Source: Octopus sinensis
Taxonomy: Eukaryota
Length of the DNA stretch: 64,000 nt
Reading direction: 5' to 3'
Assembly (NCBI RefSeq): GCF_006345805.1
Contig: NC_043011.1
Coordinates: 19,666,464-19,730,463, forward strand
The position numbers and the translations under genes are program-made. Positions 28,488 through 42,190 of the stretch are shown here, in pieces (within the stretch, counting starts at the first letter, position 1; each line of letters opens with the position of its first letter). The notes below the pieces were generated by a model, which was given only the letters and a program-made list of their open reading frames with translations, ran no database searches and had not been told where the DNA came from.

Positions 28488-30248
28488 TCTGTATATGCAT
28501 ACATATAAATATAGAAATGTATTTATGTCCCTACGTGAGTGTATATGCAAGTGTGTGCCTCTTTTCGGGTTTCTGTGTGTGTGTGTGTGTGTTTGTATGT
28601 GCGGATTGGCGGTACTTTTGCTGAAAAATCTTCCACTTCATTTCCCTTAGGACGTGTTTCATATTCTTTGTTGATAATTGCTTTTTCATATTCTTTAAAG
28701 GTATCTTGGTCTGATGTGCCATCATATTTTAAGCCTTTATTCTGTAAGTTTGCTTTAAACTGTCAGAAGTTTAGCTGAAATGAAAGTGTAGACAATGCGG
28801 CAGTTGTGGAATATAAATTATTGATTCATTTCATTTAGATTAGACCAATTGTTTCTACAATGGATTATTTATATTTCTTTCTGAACCAGAAGTTTATCAT
28901 CATCAAAGATGTGTGACTTGGACACAAATCTCCTGTGAAAAGCTACTGAGTCAGAACACTGCAATAACACAAACAAATTTAAGAATGACAAATTAGATTA
29001 ATAGATATTATTTATTAATTATTAATTAAAAGAAATTATTAAAAAATACAAAATTGTTGACCATTATTAAGGAGAGACACACAAATAAGAAAGAAGAAAG
29101 CAAAGGACCACTGATGCGGACACAGGAGTGTGACGAAAGAACTCTGGCCGAAATAAGATTAAGTTTAATGTAAAAAATAAATAACGCTGAAGCAAAGTAA
29201 CACCAAATATATAGTGCGTGTGTTTTTATTGGCTAAACTGGCAAAATGACCATTCCTAAATACAACAATAGAAATTATTTCATTTGTCTTAATCGAAGTG
29301 AATTTATCTATTTTCAAAGAACCATAGTAGCTCCGAGTTCGTTTCGGTATACATAAAAATATGAATATCCACAAATTGAACTCAGCATAAACACATTACC
29401 GAAACGGCTACGTCCCAACATATATTTTTGATGGAGTTCAGTTGTACGTCGCACATTGTGCAAAAAACATTGCCGGATTGTGCAAAAGTTTCACTATACA
29501 CACAGAATGCAACCAAGTGTGTTTGTTATCAAACGTAATTGTTCATACGTAAGTATGTCGGTGAATGTAAGCTAATGAATGTAATTTTGAGTGTGATTTC
29601 GGGATAAACGTCCGCGCATGTGTATCATGATTTGTGTTGTCTCCGTTACATCAGTGAAAATATATGTAAATAAAAATACATTTTAGTAGATAACACTTAT
29701 AAAATCAATGAGAGAAAAAGATTATCTGTCCATATAATTTCCCATCCTTAAAACAAAATAATTTAATTTTGCTTTCTCTTTGATATCTCAAAATCTTATC
29801 AGATGAGATTTGTGTTTTCTTTGACCATCTCTGATTTTCACTATATTTCCAGTTCAGGAAGAATTATTTATATTTCAGGTTGACCGAAATCTATCACTGA
29901 TATATTTTAAGAAAAATATTATAAAGAATAAGTATTGGAATATTGTAATATTCTAAAAGGGTGAGTTCTTACGACAACAGATATAGATAACTGGGTGAAG
30001 GGTGGTGAGGGAATGTGTGTTACTCGGAGGACATGGGACATTTTTATACTTCATCATCATCATTTTCATGAGAGGTGAACGATTTATCCAAGTTTGTTTC
30101 ATGTTTATTGCACATCGGCTTTCTTTTACAGATTCTTGTTCACCGTGACTATGGGTAACCTTTTCTGCAATAAACCGGTTAATCAGAAATTTGGGCTGCT
30201 CAGTGCTCTCCTAATAATGGAAACTCCACGCTGTGAAGCATCTGAATG

Positions 30249-30440
30249 TATTGGGTTGTCCGGAAATTTCGAGCTGGTTATTAAAGGAAAGAAAAACGTC
30301 AGTAAGTACTTACCATTACATTTTTAAGCAACCAAATATGAACCATTTTGTTGCACAGTGCGTCTCCATCTTTCCTTTAACTTGAAAATACTCTCTTCCC
30401 AGAATTGAGGTGGCTTCATGGCAAAGAATTTATCAAGGTA
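30249..30440 (+). mobile_element. Mariner-like non-autonomous fragment (left end)
   Basis: Begins TATTGGGTTGTCCGGAAA, resembling mariner TIR starts; only a weak CAACCCAA match near 30710. Confidence 0.35.
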
Positions 30441-30446
30441 TCTTAC

Positions 30447-30630
30447 TTGAGTACACGACGTTGCAGCGAGCGGTTTTTGAATTACTAATAAATGCTAAGT
30501 GCTGGCTCTTCGACATTTGTCGAAGATGTCATCACCATCAAGACTCGTTCCTGTCTCTGGCTGTCGAAGAGCCAGCACTTAGCATTTATTAGTAATTCAA
30601 AAATCGCTCGCTGCAACGTCGTGTACTCAA
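30447..30630. repeat. Near-perfect 69-bp inverted repeat with 46-nt spacer
   Basis: 30447-30515 versus 30562-30630: one mismatch (a G-U pair in plus-strand RNA). Confidence 0.95.
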
Positions 30631-30929
30631 ATATTTCCCTGCAAGAGCAGTAAGCAGTGTTACTGCAGGCAGAGTTATGATGAGAACATGAATCAGGTGA
30701 ATGAGCAGTCAACCCAAAAAATTATGCAAACGTATATATATATCAGTCGCCATGATAGATCGGTAGTCGCTACAAACATTTTTTCTCTCCTTGATTTTTC
30801 TGTGTCCCTTTCTGTAGAAGAGCGTAGGCTCGAAACGTAACATACATTTTCAATTCCTGAGCATTATATTAACACATCTGTTTGTTTGTACACCACCTGT
30901 CTTCGTCTTTGTTTTGTCGTGAACTCTCC

Positions 30930-31048
30930 CAGTATATATATATATATATAATTATATATATATATCTTTATATATATATATATATATATATTATATTATA
31001 TATATATATTATATATATATATATCATATATATATATATAATATATAT

Positions 31049-31089
<41 letters not shown>

Positions 31090-31108
31090 TATATATATAT
31101 ATATATAT

Positions 31109-31143
<35 letters not shown>

Positions 31144-31224
31144 TATATATATTATATATATATATATATATATAGCATATATATAGATTAATATATAATA
31201 TATATATGATAGATATATATATAT

Positions 31225-31267
<43 letters not shown>

Positions 31268-31280
31268 ATATATATATATA

Positions 31281-31311
<31 letters not shown>

Positions 31312-31426
31312 GATATATATATATTATAGATATGATATATATATATATATATCATATATATATATATATTCATATATATATATAATCATATATATATATA
31401 TATATATATCATATATATATATATAT

Positions 31427-31461
<35 letters not shown>

Positions 31462-31495
31462 TATATATATATATATCATATATATATATATATAG
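30930..31495. repeat. (TA)n array with ATATATATC units
   Basis: Direct. Confidence 0.95.
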
Positions 31496-31848
31496 CCCTA
31501 AGATTAAATAACGTTTTTTTTTTTTTTTTTTTTTACCCACACTCTAATATAATATTAATATTGCTAATATATTTTCAGATACTCTATCTCCTAATTAGCC
31601 TTAAGATTAAACAACGTTTTTATCCACACTCTAATATAATATTAATATTGCTAATACATTTTCAGATACTCTATCCCCTAATTAGCCTTAAGATTAAATA
31701 ACGTTTTTACCCAAATAACGTTTTTGCACAAACTTTAATATTGTTAATATTTCTTTTTCAAGTACTCTATCTTCTAATTAGCCTTAATATCTTCCTGTCT
31801 TCTCTCGAACATAATTAGATAGATAAACGGATAGACGGATTATCCAAC

Positions 31849-32786
31849 ATGTCCAGAGCATGGAGACGTGACGAGCTGGATTTATTCGTACGAGCATGGG
31901 AGTGCGCCGGCGGAGATAGCCCTAGGGAGGTGATTGCGGCTGCGCTGAAGAGCAGAGGCTACAAGAGGACAGCGGTCAGATGGAGCGAAAGAGACAGGAA
32001 TTCGTGCGCTCATATGCGCTTGTACGGTCGCACATTGGCGCACTTGATGCCATCTTTGAGAACGAGCGGAGAAAAGATGGCAAGAATGGAGACGATGAAA
32101 GAAGTCACCCCCACCTGGTGGACGCCCGGGAGGAGGTTTTGAATGAGAAACCTGCCCGGGAAGTGAACCCAGGTGCAAGTTCTCCAACCGGCAGCAAGGG
32201 CCATGGAGACGGAGAACCCGGTGAAGAGGTAGAGGGAGGAAGAAGAACTAAAAGAAGGACTGGAAGAGCTAAAGGAAAAGAAAAAGCTCAAGCAGGACCA
32301 AAGATTGAAACAACCAGAAATAGAAGTGGAACCGCAAAGGATGGAACCAAACAGCGCACACGGGTGTGTATGTTCTACCTGAGAGGTTCCTGCTGGCATG
32401 GAAAGGAAGGTGCAGGCTGCCGCTTTGCACATCGGGGACCCTGCCACAGAGACACGAGGCAGATGGACAAACATCAACACAAAGAAAAGGGATGGACCAC
32501 GCACCACCTGCCCCAAAGCGGAGGTACGCAGATGTTGTGCGCGCCACAAACAGCCAACATGATGTTGTCGAAAGAGCAGCTGCTGAGCAACAATCTTTTT
32601 TGTGCATGGCACAAAAGATTGTACAGCAGCTCACCTGGCTTCATCAAACCCAAGCCCGCAGGTGGGACTACCCACTATATACCAGACCACCACAGCAAAC
32701 AGACACAGGATGGACACCGCCGGCAACAACGTACACCTCACCTCGATACTCCTACTGAACATCAGAGGACTGCAAACACTCAGTAA
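31849..32786 (+). pseudogene. LINE ORF1 (frameshifted near 31975): Myb/SANT-like N-terminus + CCCH zinc finger
   Basis: MSRAWRRDELDLFVRAWE...IAAALKSRGYKRTA.QMERK; CMFYLRGSCWHGKEGAGCRFAH (C-x7-C-x8-C-x3-H) at 32367-32432. Confidence 0.75.
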
Positions 32787-35700
32787 CAGGACAAAGATCC
32801 CGTTCCTGAGAGACTTTGTTGCATGCAATCAAGCCTTATGCATAGCACTTACAGAAACGCACCTGAAACCGGACATAGCAGATGCGGAGTTACACATACC
32901 ACAGTATGCTGTACTACGGACCGACAGGAAAGAAAGGAGTCATGGAGGTGTTGCTATGTACATCCGTGAGGACCTCACACCCCAGGTCCTCTTGTCATAC
33001 TCAAACTCGGTGTGTGACACACTAATTGTACATATTAGGCAACTTGATGTAGTTGTGTGTGCTACATATCGCCCTCCAGATGCCCCAAGCCATGTGGGCA
33101 AGTTTGAAGACTGCCTTATAAAAATAGAAGAAATTCTAACCACATTAGAGCAACACATAGGTGTGCTTCTTATGGGAGACTTCAATCTGCCCAATGTCAG
33201 ATGGCCCGAGGGCCTTTCTCTCCCAGGAATGACAAGATGTGAACGAGGACAGGCGAGGTCCCTCCTGAACCTCATCAAACCCTGTACATGGAGCAGGTAA
33301 TACCAACCAACCAGGGCAGGTAACACACTGGATCTCTGCTTCACAAATGACATGGATCTCATCCATAAGTGAAAGTGACACCGACACTACTCTCGGATCA
33401 CAACATGATAGAGCTGACCATGTACGGGCCAAAAGAGAGCACGGACATGCAGCCTACAAGAAACCCTCAAAATCTTTCCAGCTTGAACTACCATAAGGCA
33501 AACTGGAAACAAATTCAGAAAGAGATCCTCAAACAAAACTGGCCTAAATGTCTCTCCTCGCCAGACATCGACGTGAAACTTCAACAATTCATGTCTGTAA
33601 TGCAAGCCATATGCTACAAATGTGTCCCAGAGAGAAAGGCCACTGTACACAAGAACAAAATCCCCAGAGAGAGGAAAATTTAATGAGACGGCGTACGAAA
33701 TTTTCAAATCGCCTAAACAAACAGATTGAAAGCAGGGAAAAGTCCCGCCTAAAAATAAAACTGTTGGAAATCGAAAAATGTCTGCAACTCTCCCATGAGA
33801 AGGAAAGAGCAGACAAAGAAGCCTGGGCTATAGAAAACATAAAATCTAACCCCAGAGCTTTCTACAGGTATGCCAAAGAAACAGCTACAGTGCACTGTAG
33901 AATAGGGCCACTCCTCGAAAAGGATGGCACACTTACAGGAAAACCAATGAGGGTAAGTGAAATACTGAATGAGCAATTCAAGAGTGTTTTCACTCCCCCT
34001 TGGGCATCTTCAAATCACCAATCCAACTGACCTTTTTACCACTGCAGATATAAAATCAGAGGCGGCGACGATAGATTACATCGATATAAAGGAAGACGAT
34101 GTAACCAAGGCTATAGATGAAAGAAACAGACTCAGCGACTGGCCCCGATGGATTCCGGCAATCCTCCTAAAAGCATGTAAGAGAGTCCTAGCAAGACCAC
34201 TGCAGTTCCTCTTTCAGAGCTTCCTTGCAGCTGGCAAACTTCCAGGAAAACTGAAGGAAGGTAACATATGCCCCATTCATAAAGGAGGTAGCAGAGCGGA
34301 AGCCAAGAACTATAGACCTATCTCTCTGACCTCACACATCAGCAAGGTCATGGAACGAATAGTCAGAAGGAAGCTGATCACCTTCCTTGAAGAGAATGAC
34401 TTGCTGCCCGACACCCAACAAGGTTTCCGACCAGGGAGAAGCTGTTTAACTCAGCTCCTACAACACTATGACTGGGTGCTGAAACGGCTGCTCAACCACT
34501 CAAATGTGGAAGTGATATATCTCGACTTTGCAAAGGCCTTTGATAAAGTCGATCATGGAATGATATGTCAAAAACTGCGTGATCTCAACATAGTTGGAAA
34601 ACTGGGAGAATGGCTACATGACTTTCTGAAGGATAGAAGTCAGGTGGTAGTAGCCAATGGGGCCACCTCCATTAACACACAAATAGTGAGCGGTGTTCCG
34701 CAGGGCACTGTTCTGGGACCACTACTGTTCATAATGGCCCTCTCAGACATGCCCTCAGCCACGCAGAGAGCCACGATCACAAGTTATGCAGATGATACAA
34801 AAGTTTCACAGGCAATACAGAACACCCTGAGGACACTAAACTCCTGCAAATGTGAGCTGGACGAAATTACAAGTGGGCTGAAAAGAATAGCATGCAGTTC
34901 AATGCTGGAAAGTTTCAAGCTTTATACTATCAGCATGCAAAACTGAATGCAAACCCAATGAATACACTGGACCCGGAGGGATGGCAATCCCAGAGGCACA
35001 ATCAGTGCGTGACCTGGGTATTCACATGAGTGATGACGCGACCTTTCATGTACATGTTGCTAAACTGACAATGAAATGTAGACGGCTGGCTGGATGGATT
35101 CTTAGAACCTTTAGAAGAAGAGAACAAGAAACCATGATGGTCCTCTGGAAGACACTTGTCCTAAGCCACTTTGACTATTGCTCTCAGCTATGGTCACCAT
35201 CCAGTGTCAAGTTGATCACAGAACTTGAGGCGATCCAACGAAGCTACACAAAGAAGATAGCCTCTATGCAGAATGTAAGCTACTGGGAAAGACTCAAGAG
35301 ATTAAAATTATATTCTCTGGAGCGTAGGCGGGAAAGATATGCCATATACATCTGGAAGATCCTGGAGGGAAGTGTCCTGAACTTTAGCATCGAGAGTTAC
35401 GCAAATGCCAGAACTGGCGCCACTGCGTGGTGCCTAGGACTCCAAAACTGCCATCAAGATGTAGGACAAGATTCTGTGATAGCCTGGGCTTCCGAGGCCC
35501 ACAGCTCTTCAATATCCTCCCGAAGAACCTGAGAGACCTGCATGGGGTGGATACAGATGTTTTAAAATGAAGCTGGATCTCTCCTGTCAGGTGTCCCAGA
35601 TGAACCAACTTCACGGCATGAGGGGCAGATGAGGGCAGCTGCAACGAACTCTCTCATGCCCCAAATAGCAGTGCTAGGAAGCCTCCATGAAGTGAAACCA
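32710..35700 (+). pseudogene. LINE ORF2, APE endonuclease + reverse transcriptase, multiple frameshifts
   Basis: LLNIRGL, ALTETHL, GGVAMY, YRPP, GDFNLP, LDLCF, SDH; NYRPISLTSHISKVME, QQGFRPGRSC, YLDFAKAFDKVDH, SGVPQGTVLGPLLF, YADDTK. Confidence 0.9.
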
Positions 35701-35758
35701 AGTAGCAACACCAAATGGCGGTGCCCCAGCATGGCCACAGCTCATAAGCTGAAACTAG

Positions 35759-35789
<31 letters not shown>

Positions 35790-35819
<30 letters not shown>

Positions 35820-35995
35820 TATATCTATATTATATATATATATTACATACATATATATATATACATATATATACATATATATATATATATATACATATAT
35901 ATAGTATATATATATATACATATATATAGTATATATATATATATATATAGTATATATATATATATAATATACATATTATAGTATTAAATATATAT

Positions 35996-36033
<38 letters not shown>

Positions 36034-36296
36034 TTATATTATATATATATATAATATATATATATATATATTATATATTATATCTATATATATATATAAT
36101 ATATATATACATATATATAGTATATAATATATATATATAATACCATAATATAGTATATATATATATATATAGTATATATATATATATATAGTATATATAT
36201 ATATATATATATATACAATATATAGTATTAAATATCTATATAATATATACATATATATAGTTTATATATATATATAATATATATACATATATATAG

Positions 36297-36328
<32 letters not shown>

Positions 36329-36785
36329 ATATATACATATATAAGTATATATATATATATATATATACATATATATAGTATAATATAATATATACATATA
36401 TATAGTATATATCTATATATATATATATACATATATATAGTATATATATATACATATCTATAGTATAAATATATATTATACATAATATAGTATTATATAG
36501 TATATATTATACATATATAGTATATATATATATATATATATATACATATATATAGTATATATATATATATATATATATTACATATAATAGTATATTATAT
36601 ATATACATATATATAGTATATATATAATAATATATATAGTATATATTATACATATATATAGTATATATATATATATACATATATATAGTATATATAATAT
36701 ATACATATATATAGTATAATATATATATACATATATATAGTATATATATATATATACATATATATAGTATATATATCTATATACA
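35790..36785. repeat. TA-rich satellite with about 20-nt unit ATATATACATATATATAGT
   Basis: Direct; the same unit in the same orientation recurs at 40957-42560, 47875-48165 and 51075-52030. Confidence 0.9.
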
Positions 36786-36931
36786 AAGAGCAATAAAGAT
36801 TCAAGTTAATTTAATGAATTTACTTGAATATGGTACCTAACTTAGATGCACCAAAAAAAACTATACTGATTTAACAATACAGTAATGTGGGGTGATTATA
36901 AGCGAGAAAGAAGCAACAAGAATGGATAGGT

Positions 36932-37021
36932 TTTTAGTACGATCGTTTCATACAAGGACAGGTTTTATTAAAAGTTGCAAAGATACAGCATATAAACGAG
37001 TCCCGTACTCATCAGCTAAAA
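36932..37021 (-). ncRNA. Type I hammerhead ribozyme in the Naiad 3' pLTR
   Basis: Minus RNA: stem I UUUUAG/CUAAAA, core CUGAUGA, stem II GUACGGGAC/GUCCUUGUAU with long loop, GAAA, palindromic stem III ACGAUCGU, cleavage triplet GUA (cut between 36938 and 36937). Confidence 0.75.
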
Positions 37022-38464
37022 TACATGTAAGTTCTCTAGACATCCTAGTGTTTGAGGCTATACTCATGAAGTAATGTAGAATTAAGTAACATAAACAGAT
37101 TTCTAAAGTTCATTAAAGTTCTTTAAAGATGATGTACAGTCTTATCACAGAATTTTTAAAAAGTTTTGATAGCATCACAGAGAAGGTGACCTAATCCATA
37201 TGAATTTCCATAGATATGATGAGGGATTATATACTCACAGAAGACAAATTTATCCATTGTTAATTACAACGAGGTGGGTCTCAATTCCTGCTTATTAGCA
37301 TTACAGAGAGGGTGAATTAATCCTTTGTATAGATGCAACAGATTCCAATGGTGTAGATGTAAATTTCCAGAGAAATGGAGATGAATTTCATATTCACAGG
37401 CGATAAACTTTTCAATGGTTGAACACAATGAGGTAGGTATCAATCCTTGTTATATGATTAGGATTTGCCACATTAATCACATTACTGCTATTCACAAGAG
37501 GCTGTAGCTATTTAACTCTTAAAGGCTGAAGGGCTTTCTAGATCGGCCAAGAATAGAGAAGGGAATAGAAGAAAAGAGAGAAAATAATGGAGGAGGGAGC
37601 AAAAAGGGGGGGGGGGGAAAGGGGGACTAAAAGAGAAGAGAAAAGGAAACAGAGAATAAGAAGAAGAAAAAGAAAAAATAGAAAAGAGAAAGAATAGGGA
37701 AAGAAGGGAAAAAGAAAAAGAAAAAAGAGGGTTCTAGTTATACAGAAGAGTTAGTAGACTGCAAGTCTGGTTTTAATCACAGGCATCTAGGAACTAGAGG
37801 AGAATATTATTCTTTGACCAGTAAACCGTTAATTTATTGCTGTTGAAATCAGCTATGAGTTTAAAGAGAATCTAAAGCGATAACACAGTCAGGGGTTAAG
37901 GGTCAGATGCTAAAATCACCAGAAAATACATTAGGAAAATCTAAGTATAATCTTATCAAAAAGTCATTAAAAATTACTTATTTAATTTATTCATTTTATT
38001 GTCTTAAGGAGTTGTCGTTATTATTCATACATTGACTGACTACAGGTCAAATCTTATAAGATCATTTACAAGGTGTTAGGGGATTGTCTATCATAATGAA
38101 GATAATCATATTATCACCGAGGAATAGCCTTATTTATTTAATTATGAATAGAATTATGGGGCTACAGTAACTCATTATAATTTATTAGAGTTATGCTACT
38201 TAAATTAGATTAAGTTAGGATTAAAATTAAATATTACAATTAAGATTTAAATAAGAATTTAAAATTTAAAAATTGTGAGTTTGAACTTAAATAAAGCCTC
38301 AATTAAGTAGCGAATAAGTACTATTCATTTCCCTGTTCTCAAAAAACTGATGCAGATATAAGGAAAAAGATAACTGTAATGTGAGAACTCTTAGTTATCT
38401 ACTTAAAGCAGTGCTATACTAGAAAATCAAGTTATATCTATCTATCTAGTTATGAATATTCCAA

Positions 38465-38920
38465 TCATTTAAAATATTTTAAAGTCTTCAATTTAGCGTG
38501 GACACAAACTTGACCTAGTTCGATATGGTTATTCAATAAGTTTCTATGTTTACTATGCTTTAGAATTTCGTACGTCTCCATGGAGCATAGTTGACAACCA
38601 ACCCTACTATTTTTATACGGAATTGCTCTCCTAACTATTTCCCAATTAAGGGTATAATTTTTATTATTATTTTTGAGTTCCCAGATTTTGTTTGAAATTG
38701 TGGTGGTACCAGCTTTATGACGTAATTTAAAAGTCGAGATGTGATTTCTAACTCTGGCTAAAAAATTAATTAATTGTACAGCCAATGTAAAAATATTTGT
38801 TATTCTCCGTGGATATGGTACATTTATAGATTACATTATTTTCCCTACATAGACCAGGTGCCGGGCATTTTGATTTTATTCTACACTTACACACAGGAGG
38901 AACAACTTCAGGCCTTGGAT
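38465..38920 (-). pseudogene. GIY-YIG endonuclease domain of the Naiad-type element (one frameshift near 38770)
   Basis: VCKCRIKSKCPAPGLCRENNVIYKC...YFYIGCT, then RNHISTFK...IWELK...CQLC...LLN..IELGQVCVH. Confidence 0.85.
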
Positions 38921-40956
38921 TATTCCTGGGTAGATGTTTTAGGTTCCTATTATTTTGATTATCATTTCTATAGTTGGTGCTGATATCTAAAGTATTGCTA
39001 TTATTTATTGATCCTTCTGTTTCATCATTTAGGTGTAAAGTCCTACCAAGATTTCTTATATTATTCGTAATGTTATTATTATTGTTAGTCTTTTTATCCA
39101 ACTGCATATTATTGTTATAGATATCACTGATATTTTCATTCTCCTATTTTCTCCATTAGCTTATTTCTATTATTTCTATTATTAACAATATTACTTCTAT
39201 TAATATCGGCATTGTTATTATTACTATTAATGTTAATGTTATTAGTCATTCTGTGGTTACTAATTTCACCTATGTTTTGATAGTTCCTATTGCTGTTTTT
39301 ATTGTTGGTAGTATTATTGTTATTGCTATTGGTATTCATGCTGATATTATTATTTTTATTTCTATCTTTCCTGGCTAGTTTAATGTTGTTATTATTAATT
39401 TTAGCTATTAAAGTGGACATATTGGGGGGTTGAATAAGAAATCCTAACTGTTTTCCTAGAAATAATTCTATGATATCTATGAGAGATAGGGAATTTTTTC
39501 CAGAATCACTTTGAATTTGTTCTGTATATCCGATTGTATCGCACAGTTGAAAGGAATATTCAGCCATAATATATCTTTTTTATAAAATTAGGGTTCGTAG
39601 AATTACTACTATTCATCTCACCGGAGTTATTGTATTTATTACCATTATTTTTATTTTTATTTGTGTGCATCTAGGTTTATCTACTTCAAATTATCCGAGT
39701 TACCTATGTTCTGGTCAATGCTTCTATTTGAATTGTTGGGCCTGTACTCTAGATTAGCGTTTACCGTTAATTTAATTCTACTTTTATTTCGGGCTTGGTC
39801 TTTTTTGCTGCTTACGTGATTACTGATAACTTCATTATTAGGAATACGTGAGTTCCCTTATCAACGAATGTAATCTTTGGTTGTATCCAGCCTTAGTTAA
39901 CGCCGCATTATAATGCTCAGAATGGGAGTTAAATATATCCTTATTGGATGATAATTTTGAAATTCTTAATGAAATATTTCTTACTAAAGATTCTATTATA
40001 TTTGGGGGATGATTTTGATAATTTATTTACGTAATTCGTGACTTCGCCTTCCTTTCTAAATGGGTAATGTAGCTTGGAGTTAAGGTCTAGGGTAATATCT
40101 AGGAAATTAGCTATTTTAGTGCCCGGTCCATACGTTATACTGAGGTTGAAATCCTTAAAGAACTTATTAATTTTCTTTCTAATCCTTTCTATAACAGATT
40201 TATTATTACTAGGGATAACAAACAGAGCATCATCCCTATATAGACCCCCCTGTATTTCTGGGATATCCTTGCTTATGCATTTTAATAGATATGCGCCTAC
40301 TAGGTTGGTTACCTCAGCCGAATCACTGGAACCCATTGGTATATCAAAAAATATTTGGTGTATCTGCTCTAGTCCATAATTTATCTTCAAATTAATAAAT
40401 GTCTTCCTAGCTAGTAGCACAATATTGATTCTTCTCTAGTTATGAGGGAGCGATTCATGGCAAATATTAGTGATTTGTTGAGTAAGATAGGGGAAATGCT
40501 AGAGTAATAACTATTAATATCGAACTGAATAAAGGACAGACTACTAGTATTGTTAGAGAGTTAAAACCATTTTAGAACTTCGTCGGTACTTAGCCATAGG
40601 TTTAAGGGGAGAGAGAGGGGTTATTGGGGTAGAACAGTATCCAGGATAGATTTACTAAGTCGGCCAATGTCGACTTAGTTGGACAGATCAGCCTTACCGA
40701 GGGTTATCCAAGAAGTCCTTTTTGTGGTCTTTAAGGTGATCCTGGGCTCACAGGGTTTAAGTGGCTCCGTTCTATCTGTTAAATTAGTTTCTCCATGATC
40801 TCTTTCATTTCCATGTTTACTTTTTTCAAATTGTTCTTAGTTGTAATTTTATATTTGGAGTTTATATGCTGTAATCTTTGCAACTTTTAATAAAACCTGT
40901 CCTTGTATGAAACGATCGTACTAAAAACCTATCCATTCTTGTTGCTTCTTTCTCGC

Positions 40957-41339
40957 GTATATATATATACATATATATAGTATATATATATATATACATA
41001 TATAGTATATATATATATATACATATATATAGTATATATATATACATATATATAGTATATATATATATATGCATATATATAGTATATATATATATATACA
41101 TATCTATAGTATATATATATATAGATATATACATATATATAGTATAGTATATATATATATATACATATATATAGTATATATATAATATATACATATTATA
41201 GTATATATATATATACTATATATAGTATAATATATATAATATATACATATAATATAGTATATATATATATATACATATATATAGTATATATAATATATAT
41301 ACATATATATAGTATATATATATATATACATATATATAG

Positions 41340-41374
<35 letters not shown>

Positions 41375-42081
41375 CATATATATCGTATATATATATATGC
41401 ATATATATAGTATATATATAATATATACATATCTATAGTATATATATATATATATATATATACATATATATAGTATATATATATATATACATATATATAG
41501 TATAATATATATATCTATATATACATATATATAGTAGATATATATAACATATATAGTATAGCTATATATATATAATATATATAGTATATATATATATATA
41601 TATACAATATATAGTTATAATATATATATACATATCTATAGTATATATTATATATATATACATATATATTAGTATATATATATATACATATTATAGTATA
41701 GATATATATGATACATATATATATATATATATATATATGATATATATATACATATATAGAGTATATATATATATATATTATATATACATATATATAGTCT
41801 ATATATATCGATATATATATATACATATCTATAGTATAATATTATATCTATATACATATATATAGTATTATATATCTATATTATATATATACATAGATAT
41901 ATATATTATATTACATATATATAGTCGATATATATATATATATATTATACATATATATAGTATATATATATATACATAGATATAGAGTAATATATATATA
42001 TATATATATATATCATATATATGTATATTATATATACATACAGTATAGCTATAATATATATATATATACGATATATTAGTA

Positions 42082-42114
<33 letters not shown>

Positions 42115-42155
42115 TATAGTATATAGATATATATATATATATATACATATATATA

Positions 42156-42190
<35 letters not shown>

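Larger units (their letters stand above)
31495..35787 (+). mobile_element. APE-RT LINE copy 1 (Proto2/CR1-group-like), 5'-truncated within its tandem-repeat UTR, (ATCA)n tail
   Basis: ORF1 and overlapping ORF2 with APE and RT motifs; 3' GAAACTAGA(ATCA)n; nearly identical to 42560-47874. The clade call rests on recalled C-terminal LYSLERRRERY and VPDEP...RAA.NSL motifs. Confidence 0.9.
36785..40956 (-). mobile_element. Naiad-type Penelope-like element (RT + C-terminal GIY-YIG), 5'-truncated, with inverted pLTR
   Basis: Minus frames: ITLKDHKKDF..NP; FDIPMGSSDSAEV..LVG.YLL; GLYRDDAL; NFLDITLDL; ILWLNIPF; CKC...CP..GLC...VIY.C.......YIGCT; IWELK; CQLC. 40860-40956 is the reverse complement of 36902-36997. 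Confidence 0.9.

Noticed and set aside
38465-38920. Selenoprotein (UGA-Sec) coding, reported for many Naiads
   Set aside because: The conserved Cys positions checked are TGT/TGC; the TGA at 38465-38467 is at the expected protein end; no SECIS was recognised.
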